A DNA stretch of 46,952 nt, taken from NCBI GenBank assembly GCA_002633005.1, contig NMRA01001157.1, positions 1-46,952 of the forward strand, written 5' to 3'. The notes below the pieces were generated by a model. It was not told where the DNA came from, ran no database searches, and saw nothing but the letters and a program-made list of their open reading frames with translations. The stretch comes from Phoronis australis. Its lineage: Eukaryota > Animalia > Phoronida. A program made the position numbers and the translations under genes. Positions 11,736-22,005 of this stretch are shown here, piece by piece; within the stretch, counting starts at the first letter, position 1, and every line of letters starts with the position of its first letter.

Positions 11736-11857
11736 TGCTCTTACCCACCCGAAGAGACTCTAATGCAACTGTAGTCTTCTGACAACAAGGACACTTGTTA
11801 TTTTTGAGTGTATGGCGTGAGTAATTGACATTTTTAGATCCGAAACCTTCATTCAAC

Positions 11858-14800
11858 ATGGCCGTACGCGTCCCCAAACAGTGGTCTCTAACTAAAACAG
11901 AGACCATCACCACGTATGAGAACTGGGCGCAGAATTTTATATCTACTCTTAGTCTAACACAAAACCTTTGAACAGTTTCTGACTTCTCAGTGGTTCAAGA
12001 AAACCAGTGCCAACCCGTTGCGAGGTCTCGTCGATGACGGCACCGACGTCGATTCTGCCGAGCGACTGACCGCCGTACAAAAGAATGCTCGACTCGAACT
12101 CATGGTCGGACAAGTGGCTAACTACTGCCCCGTCATCTCCCGGAACTCGATAGTCAAGAACTCGGTGTCTCTGGCTCACATCTGGGAAAAATCAGACAGC
12201 ACTTTGGCTTTGCTTCAACCGGGACTCATTTTTCAGATCTTTGCAATATCCACCTGCAACCCGACGAGCGTCCCGAGGACCTCTACCAACGTTTGACTGC
12301 CTTCTTCGAAGACAATCTCCTCTCACCTGACTGTGGCCTTGCCCACCATGGAGCCGCCGTGGATTATGAGGAGGACTTGACCCCGACGCTGGAAAACGTT
12401 ATTGTATATATATGGCTTCGACTGGTTCACCCTGGCTTGCCACTTCTAGCCAAGCAAAAGTATAGAGCTGAGCTTCGTAAGAACACGCTTGCTTCGATTT
12501 AAACGGAAATATCTCTCGCACTAACTTCACTCCTGGAGGAACTCCGGACTATCGAGGACACCCGTGTGATGCGCATTCTTGCATTCTCTGCAAGACCGCC
12601 GGCCGGCCATCGTCTTCCCACAACCTTGAAGATTGCAGATTCCTACCTGACAGCGATAACCATCGCATCACCAGATCACGCCGGGTTACGGACTTTGAAG
12701 ACGATGACGCTGATCTTGACGACGAACCGTCCACCGAAGCTGCCGACGCCTCTTGTGGCTTTGTGTCACTTGACATCCCATCAGCTCGACGTGTCACTAT
12801 TATGCAGTCTCCGGTCTTGAAAGCCTTCTTCGAGGATCATCCCGTGCAAGTCACACTAGACACTGGTGCTACTACTAGCTTGGTGCGCGAGTCTGCCGTA
12901 TTGTTATACGGTATGATTATTTCCCCCGCTTCGCAGATGGCCCGCCAGGCCGACGGCTTTACCCCCCTTGAGGTTATTGGCGAGATCCACTGCCGGCTTA
13001 CACGTGGCTCTCACAACTTTCCTCTGGATGCTTTGGTGGTTCGCCAGCTTGATGTTGACATTCTTGCTAGAAATCCCTTCATGTCCTACAATGACATTGC
13101 TGTTAGCCCCGCTATGCGCCAGATCGTAATTGCTGGTTCTGATGTCGTCCCCTTCGGTGTCAGTGCTCCCAAGGAGACATTACCCACCGCACGACTTACC
13201 CTGTCTTTTCTCTTGCGTTGCCCAAAGCGTTCTTTCGTTCTCCCCGGCCAGTACATCGAACTACCGACCGCGGCTGATGCCCCCCTAGACACCACTTGGG
13301 CGCTCGAAACTAGGTTGAATAACCCTCTTAATAAATCACTCGACCCTAAGATGGCTTGGCCACGACCACAGGAGATCTCCTCAGTCGCCAACACTGTACG
13401 TGTAAAGAACGATACTGATTCACCTCTGCTAATTTAACATGGCGAACACATCTGCCAGGTGCGTCAACTTTCAGAGTCGCTACCGGCCCGTGTCACAGGT
13501 CCTACTACATTCGCCACTAGCACCCCGCCTCCAGGCCCCCATACTAGACCACCATTTTCTGATTCCATCAAGCTTGACCCTGATTTACTCCTCCTTGACG
13601 ACATGCGGGCCTGCTTCCAATCCCTACACGCTGAATTCGATGATGTATTCAACCCTGCCGTTTCTAAGTACAATGGCGCTAGTGAGAAAATAGAGGCTGC
13701 TGTGAATGTTGGTCCCATTTTCCCTCCTCAACGGAAAAGCCGACTTCCCCAATACAACCGCGAGTCCCTTGTTCAACTTCAGGCACAATTTGATGAGCTC
13801 GAGGCAGCTGGTGTTTTTGCCAAGCCAGAACAGGTGAATGTTCATGTAGAATATCTCAACATGTCATTCCTCATCAAAAAGCCAAGCGGCGGTAGTTGGC
13901 TTGTTACCTCGTTCGGAGAGGTTGCCCGCTATTGTAAGCCCCAACCGTCCCAAATGCCCAATGTGGACAGTGTCCTACGCGACATCGGAAAATGGTATCT
14001 GACCTTTTGCAGTCCTTCTACCAGATTCCTCTCAGTCATTCGTCTATGAAGTATTGTGGTGTCGCTACGCCATTTAAAGGCATTCGCGTTTACACTCGAT
14101 CTGCAATGGGGATGCCCTGATCAGAGACTTGTCTTGAGGAGCTCTTGAGGAGCGACTTATGCGAGGCGAGTTCTCGAGTGTCGACGTTTCTATCTACATT
14201 GAGCCGTTATGGCGTTTGTTTACACCACATTGCTGGTGCAGCGAACCTCCCCTCCGACTTCTCCAGCATAAAACCAGCATCCTGCCAAGACTCTTGTTGT
14301 CAGGTATGTAAGTTCACTGCCGAACTGGAAGATTCAGTCTTTCGAAGCATGTCGGTTGATGATGTTCTTCAGAGCGCCATGCGTATGCCCTTCACAAGCC
14401 GTGCAGCTTGGCTGTTGACCCAGCAGGAATGCCCAGACCTTCGCCGAAGCTGTGCCCACCTGTCTCAGGGTACTCGTCCTTCGCGTAAGCAAAGCAAAAT
14501 CAAAGATGTCAGGCGTTATCTCAATGCGGTCTCAATCGCCAACGACGGCGTCTTAGTTGTTAAGTCAGCTGAGCCATTCCAACGCCAACGTGAACGTATC
14601 GTTGTGCCACGCCCCGTTCTGAATGGATTGCTCACAGCCATTCACATACGCTTTGGTCACCCATCGTATTACTAAACAAAGCGTCTCTTTACTCCCTACT
14701 TCTTTGCACTTCACATTGATAAGGCCATTGACGCTGTCTCTTCTGCCTGTCACATCTACCAGTCTGTCAAAGCCATACCTGCCTATTTCCAACCCCAGTC

Positions 14801-15920
14801 TACCTCCCCACCCTCCGACGTTGTCGTCTCGTCATTGGCGGCTGATACTATGCGACGTCATCGGCAGTTCATCTTCGTTATCAGGGAGACTGTCACTTCA
14901 TACACGTTAACCTCCCTAATCATGATGAACTTCGAAACATTCTAGTTATTCTTTGTTCTGCATTATGCCCTCTTACTGAAAACGGAATAACTGTTCGAGT
15001 CGACGCGGCTCCTGGATTCGTCGCTTTGAAGAATGACCAGATGTTACTTTCACTTGGTATTCACCTTGACATTGGTCAAGTTAAGAACGTCGATAAGAAT
15101 CCTGCGGCTGAACATTCAGTTGGTGAGTTGGGCATGAAACTCCTGCGTTCATCTCCAGAGGGTGGGCCAGTGTACTCTGCAACTCTCGCCATTGCCACGT
15201 CCAATATGAACTCCCGGGTACGCCGCGATGTTTTGTCTTCTCGTGAATTGTGGACAGAGCGGGATCAAGTCACAGGTTTCCAACTGCCCATCGCCGACAG
15301 GGATGTGATTCTCCGTCAGCACCAATCCCGTTTTGACAACCATCTCCCTAGTGCCATGGTCCCTTGGTCGCGCTCATAATCCTGCACGACTCTTTGTTGG
15401 TCAGTTGGTATTCCTAAAGGCTGATCACGACAAGAAAAAAGCCCACGAGAAGTACCTCGTGTCTCACGAATGGTATGAGCTGCGTAAGTTCACTCGCTCC
15501 CAGTTCCGCAGTAAAACTTATACTGCACGTGTATCAGACTGCTTCCCTGTGTCTTCCACGACTTCAAATCCTAAGTCGTTTACCTCAGCTCAGCTTGATG
15601 CCTCTGGTGACGATGACCTAATGCCTAGCCCTACTGGCCACGACCCCTACGATCTTCGTGTACATGATCCCCCGGGGGATTACCTGCCCGAGGTACCGCT
15701 CACATCCCCTCCATTGCCGGAGGTGATCACTACTCCTTCTCTACCTGAACCGACCCTTGATACCGGAGCTGTCGATCCAGCGGCTGATATCCCTCAGCTT
15801 TCGGATGAGAAAGATGTCCTTAGCTCCGACGCCGTTGCGCAGGATGCCACCTCATTACGGCGCTCTCATGGCAAACCTAAATCCCTCGCGTGGCACGATA
15901 GTGACTGGATTATGGAGTAG
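11858..15920 (+). pseudogene. gag-pol polyprotein pseudogene (many frameshifts and stops)
   Basis: N-terminus [23 protein letters not shown]; Zn knuckle CILCKTAGRPSSSHNLEDC; protease LDTGA; RT N-terminal motifs (FLIKKPSGGSWLVTSF, MGMP*SETCLEE); RNase H end (HIAGAANLPSDF); integrase HHCC and DDE remnants (AADTMRR, RVDAAPGF, NPAAEHSVGE). Confidence 0.9.
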
Positions 15921-16134
15921 CGCCAGTGGACCGTGTACCGTGTTTTATTTCCTTTGCAGATAAGACGGAGACATGTCAGACAGAGACTACATGTATGCTT
16001 AGTTATAAGTGTTTATTACCTTGTTGTTTAACTGTTATTACGGTTGAAACGTTGTTGGAGCGACTGTACTCCATAAGCCTACTTTAAGTCGTGTATTGTT
16101 CTTTAGCTTCCATTGTACCCAGAGGAGAGGAAAG

Positions 16135-16256
16135 TGATTACGCCATTGTGTTCGTTAAGTTTTTTCCCCGGAGCCCGTCTCGTTTTTCGGTTTCTGTCGA
16201 TTCGACTTGTTCGTCAATGAACGCTAGCAAACCTTGTTTTATTTAACGTACTGTCG
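16135..16256 (+). repeat. 3' LTR (about 122 bp)
   Basis: Starts TG directly after the PPT; its 3' half matches the 5' LTR remnant. Confidence 0.8.
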
Positions 16257-17420
16257 GTTCTGCTGGTGAAACTACAGTAAATCCCACTCGATAGATGGCA
16301 GTGTATCTTTACCCTGAAGTCACTGGCCTTTTTTCAGCGAATATCAGACATCGGCTAAAAGTGGACATTTTTATTAAAACCATAGAACATAAGGTATAAC
16401 ATATATGGAAGTTGCTGAAGAAGCAGTTTTTTGGGAAACAAAAATCAAATGAACATTTTACACTATTGGGAGGTTGATATACATAAACTTACATTTACAT
16501 GTAACTGGTGTCAAACTTACAGTACCTGGGCGATAACCTCGCTAATGAATTAAAAGTATGCATGCGTGTACGTCACACAAAATAACTGGAACTCTTTCGA
16601 TGAATAACGATGATTTGTAAAAAGTCTCGAATCACCCTCAAATAATGGAAATACGGGCAATCAAAATATGTTTAAAGGCAATTTCCAAGTATTTCAGGCG
16701 AGTTACACGACGACTTTGTGGAAAGACTACATGCCTCAAATTACTGAAACAACCCGACTGGTGATACAACAGGAATTACATGTCCTTGTTGAATAATGCT
16801 TTTATCATTGACTGATAATACTAATCACGATCTGCAGGTGAAAGGTCATGTTTTTGTGAACTCTCCAAAACAGGGCTCAGTCTTGTTTTTTGAGGCAACC
16901 AATCCTTGTCCTGCTAATGCATCGTTGACATCTCACGTAAAAACGCGTACATGTACATGATGGACTCATTCTGTCAGAGAATGGGTGTAATGTTTTTGGT
17001 GTTGGGTCATTGCCCACAGTGTTTGCTTAACTCTCCTAAAACATAATCATTATTTCCCCTTGATCAGATTTTGAAGTAGTTTTCAAAATTTACTCTTGGT
17101 TTTTGACGGTGGACAAGGTGTTTGAAGCATTATTTTGTTTTATACAGCTGCTTGGGTAAGTAGCTTGTAGTACCTGTTAATAAGACAGAACTGGGCACAG
17201 TATCTCTTTTAATAAGTACGATAAGAGATTTTATTCAAGAACTGGCGAGTTAAGTGTAAGTGGAACGGAAGTTGAATCGTAGGCGAAAGAGTCTCCGGCA
17301 AGCCAAGCTCTGCAACTACCGAATTACTCCAAAGATCCACAGATAAGTCAGTTAGCAGTCAAACAAACTTAAACTTTTTGGTGGAACGGTCCACCTTGTG
17401 ATTCTCGGTCCAGATTTTTA

Positions 17421-17484
17421 TATTTATCTATTTATTATTTATTATTATTACTATTTATTATTATTTATTATCTTTTTATTTATT
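17421..17484. repeat. AT-rich (TTA/TATT)n low-complexity tract
   Basis: Read directly from the sequence. Confidence 0.85.
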
Positions 17485-18066
17485 GAAAGTGTTGCCGAAA
17501 TTATACAAGCGTAATTATGTACACTACGCCGTTATATACGCCGTTAATTATATGCGCCGTAAAATTACGAGCGTAACTTAATTCTTTACGGCGTAAAATT
17601 ACGCTCGAAATTCAGTTTAAACTCTTAGTCAAATGACGTTCGGTTTTACAACTCACAGTCGCGAGTGCTCATGGAAGTAGTAATTTACTGACGGGTTAGA
17701 GTACATGTTTACGCTACGAGCGCTGAATCATGGTGGATCAAATTGCTGTTGCAATGTCAGCGATTGTGCAAGAACGAGCTGCCCAGCAACAGTCGACCGT
17801 GTATGTTAGGCTAACACTGACTGGTTTTAATTTGGAACGTTCTTAAGGTATTTTACGAGTGTAATTTACAGCGATATTTCCCCCATTTAATTTTGGGCGT
17901 AATTTTACTGCAACACTTTTGCATTTTAATTTACGCTCGTAATTACGAGCGTAATTTGACGACGAAACTTTTCCCCTTTTAATTTTTTAGCGTAGTCGTA
18001 CGGCGACACTCCTGCAATTTAATTTACGGCTCATAATTACGAACGTAATTTTATGGCGACACTTCC
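17485..18066. mobile_element. Foldback/MITE-like element with reiterated AATTACG(A)GCGTAATT subterminal motifs
   Basis: Imperfect inverted ends GAAAGTGTTGCCG..CGTAATTATG and CATAATTACG..GGCGACACTTCC. Many TTACG/CGTAA motifs occur in both arms. Confidence 0.55.
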
Positions 18067-20029
18067 TCTCAACGGCCCACCATAGTTTTGAATCACCAAC
18101 GAAAGTAAATCTTGATATGAACTTTTGTTGGAAAAGGCAACCTTTCCGGCAAAATGAGTATGTGATGCGAACTCGTCGTGGCTAGCTCTTAAAGGCACGC
18201 TATCGTTTTTGCAGCCATAAGACGCAGTTTGGAATTGGAAGCGAAGGATGTTTTGAAGGAATAAAATGACAAGCGATTTAGCGAACGATGCCATTTGTAT
18301 CACGATTCTTTATGGCAGGGAGGAATTTGATGATTTTCGATTCGATTCTTGTTTGTCAAATTAATTCAGTGGTTCACAAACGAAAGTTGTTAACTTGCCA
18401 CTTGTACCAGTTTTAGCAATGCGAGAGTTAAAAATGATAAAATTATAACTAATGAACGATCTTGAGCTGTTTATGTGTTCAATATCCCAATTTTCGTGAT
18501 TGTAAGACACCCATACCAACGGCAAAATTGGAACTTCATATTAAATCGAAATGTAGTTAGGCGTGTCGATGTCGAAATCGTTTGCTCGTGCATCGAGTTC
18601 GATTATAATTTGATTAATCGTCGCACCCTTATCAAAAGGCAAATGTCAGCATTATACGTAGTTTGAATAAGTCAATCGTTGCATGCGCCCAGATTAAGTT
18701 TAGCTAAACATTGAAAGCAAAGCTCCATGGCCCTTACATGTACAAATTAGAATTAACTCGCCCACCGACCGGATCATGAATTGAGTCAATTTCAAACCAA
18801 ACAAGCAGTATTAAAGCGAAGATGTCATAAAGTCATGACCCATCACCAGTTACCGAACACTTTCTTGCTATTTTCAGAAATTCTCTTATTGTCGAATCCC
18901 CGTCTTCGACTAGAGTGCAATGCAAAGCGGGTCTGGTGGTAATGGTACATTTGACATTGACTGCACTTAGTCAGTAGGCTATGGTGAAAAAGTGACGTCT
19001 TGACAATTAATCCATAACGAGTTAGTTGATGAATATCAAATTCTGGTACCGATTTCACACGCAATAAAATAGGTTTGTTGTCGTTTTAAAATCCATATTC
19101 TGAACATTTGGCGGAAATCACTGACTTATATTTCCAGTTGTTCATTGAAACTTCTTTACCTGTCGAGGAATTCAAATATTTATTGAATGATTACAGAATC
19201 ATGATGGTGAATCCTTGTACGCATCGAGGCTGGAGGCTGACTCGAGGCAATACCACAAAAAGCAAATAACTCTCTGGAGACGGTGTGATAGAGCGGCGAA
19301 ACATCTGGCTGAGTTGACAGAACTTTTTAGGAACCCCTTCATGAGTTTGACCATTCTTCCGTCTCAATTTATGTCAACGTTAAACGCTATGGCGCACAAG
19401 ATTTGGTTGAGAGGACCAGTCATGCGGCATTAAAGTGTATGTGATCTCCACACAAAGTATCCCTTGACGAACAGTGAGAAGGCAACACCAGGCGGAACAT
19501 GACCTCAAACAACGTAAAACCAAATAGCCGCACAATACATATATTGAAGCTCAAAATACATAGAAATACACTTCAAAATGTAAAGTTCTGCAAATACTCC
19601 AGGGCACATCAATTGGAATAATGATTCCCCCAACCGGTGCTTGTAGTAGAGTCCCAAGTGAACTCTTAGTCTTTTGGTGAGGGGGCGCAACACAAAAGGC
19701 GTCGCCACCAGGATAGTCTCTTTTCGTTGTTTGTTCGTGACGGAGACTTATTCTTACGACTTTTCTTTTGTTTCTGATACCCTTGATCGTCGTCAGTATA
19801 TTCTTTTCTCACGCTGAAGCTTTCATTATTGACAGAAGTGCAGTGGCCCACGCGGTAACCTCTGTCACTAGTAAGGTCATCGACACGTCCCTCGTTGCCA
19901 CAAGAAACATCGACAATGTCGCCGAGGATTACATTGATAACGTCAGTTACAAAGCCGTTGTTGTCGTCTGTGCCACGACATTCCTGCACTCTATTTGTAA
20001 AAGAACTTTCAGGTTCAGTTTCAACATTT

Positions 20030-21345
20030 GTATCGTGCACTGTGTCACCATTTCCAAACAGAGTATCATGTCCCGGATCACCATTTCCATAAGGAGCATA
20101 CAAAGTATCATGGTCTGGGTCACCATTTCCATGCAGAGTGTCATATCTTGGATCACCTATTCCACACAGAATATGATGCCCTGGATCACCGTTGTCATAC
20201 GCAGTATCATGCTCTGGACCATCATTTTCATACGCAGAATCCTGCTCAGAATCACCGTTTTCATACGGAACATCAAGGCCAGGATTATCATTTCCATACG
20301 GAGTATCATGACCTGGATCACGAATTCTATACGGAGTATCGTGACCTCTATTATTACCATTTTCATGTGGAGTATCATGCTTTAGGTCACCATTTCCATA
20401 CGCATTATCACGCTCAAGATCACCGTTTACATACATGTACATGTATGTAGCAATGTGGTCAGGATAACCATTCCCATAAGGAGTACCATGGTCAGGATTA
20501 CCATTTCCATACACATCATGCTAAGGGACCCAATTTTCATATGGATTATAATATCCTGGATCACAGTGTTCACCTGAGGTACAATGATTAGAATCACCAC
20601 TTCAATATGGAGTATAATAGTAAGGACAACCATTTCCATACGGGACAACATGCCCTGGATCACGATTTCCATACTGAGTATGATACCCTGCATAACCATT
20701 TGAAGTATCACGTCCTGGATCACCATACGTAGTATCAATTCCTGGATAATCATTGCCACATGAAGTATCATGCCCTGGATCACCATCTTCATACAGAGTG
20801 TCATTTCCTGGATTGCCATTTCCACGTAGAGTATCATGCCCTGGATCACCATCTCTATGCAGAGTATCATTTCCTCGATCACCATTTCCACTCGGATTAT
20901 CATGCCCTGGACCACCATCTTCATACAGAGTGTCATTTCCTGGATTGCCATTTCCACTCGGAGTATCATGCCCTGGATCACCATCTCCATATGGATTATC
21001 ATTTCCTGGATATCCATTTTCACATGGAGTATCATTCCCTGGATCACCATCTCTATGCGGAGTATCATTTCCTGGATTACAATTTCCACTCAGAGTATCA
21101 TGCCCTGGACCACCATCTTCATACAGGGTGTCATTTCCTGGATTGCCATTTCCACGTGGAGTATCTTTTACTGGATCACCATTTCCAGATGAAGTATCAT
21201 GCCCTGAATTACCGTATCCATACATAGTGTCATTTCCTTGATCACAATTTCCACTAGAAGTTTCATAACCTGGACCACCATCTCGATACGAAGTATCATT
21301 TGGATAACCATTTCCAAACGAAACATCGTGCCCTGGATCAGTAGT
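20030..21345. repeat. Degenerate 33-bp tandem array (roughly 40 units)
   Basis: Recurring GGATCACCATTTCCATACGGAGTATCATGCCCT-like unit, which gives overlapping repetitive ORFs in several frames. Confidence 0.92.
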
Positions 21346-21359
21346 CGTGTCAGCAATGT

Positions 21360-22005
21360 GCTCCACTCCTTGAACTGCAAGTACACCGTCTGTTTTCTAT
21401 TTACATTTTCCCTGTAGTTGCATCGTGCCAACCTTATTGGCAATCTCACTGTTTTCATTGAAGTCGTTATTCTGATTCAGTGTGCTTTTGTTATCTACAG
21501 TAGTAGTAGTAGGAAGAAGACATGGCTTGAGCATTGATTCTGACTTTATACTTGTGTTTGCCGCTGTTGCAGTTTCCTGATGCCCGTTTGGTGTTTCAAG
21601 GATGTCGTCGAGAATGTCTTCGATATATTCATAGTGAACAGTTTTGATCTGTAAGTTTTCATCTACTTTAGTAAAAGTGATACTTGAATCTTCGAATTCC
21701 TTACTCAAGTCATCAGCTCCTGTCTTTGAACTGCAAGTATACCGTCATTTTCGTCTTTACTTTGTGCCTGCAGTTGCATGGCACCAATCTTGTTGGGAAT
21801 TTCAGAGTTTTCATTGAAGTTGTTCTTCTGATTCAATGCGCTTTTGCTCTCTGCTGTGACAGTAGGAAGAATACATGGTTTGAGTTTTGTTTCTGAATTC
21901 ATGGTTGCAGCTGCTGCAGTTTCCCAATGCCCGCGCGGTATTTCTGGGATGTCGTCGAGAATGTCTTTAATATATTCGTATTCCTCACTCAAGTCATCAT
22001 TGTCA
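21360..22005 (-). repeat. Diverged tandem duplication (period about 355 bp) within the repeat-protein ORF
   Basis: YEYIKDILDDIPEIPRGHWETAAAA..KPCILPT..NENSEIPNKIGAMQLQ versus YEYIEDILDDILETPNGHQETATAA..KPCLLPT..NENSEIANKVGTMQLQ. Confidence 0.88.

Larger units (their letters stand above)
11653..16256 (+). mobile_element. Ty3/Gypsy-type LTR retrotransposon, degenerate, with internal deletion
   Basis: Partial 5' LTR 11653-11725 matches 16190-16256. PBS at 11726, gag-PR-RT-RH-INT order, PPT AGAGGAGAGGAAAG at 16121-16134, and 3' LTR at 16135-16256 starting TG. Confidence 0.92.

Noticed and set aside
20427-21458. Met/Ile/Val-rich and Ile/Ser/Trp-rich ORFs as membrane proteins
   Set aside because: Alternative frames of the 33-bp array; only the Gly/Asp frame continues into unique flanking sequence on both sides.
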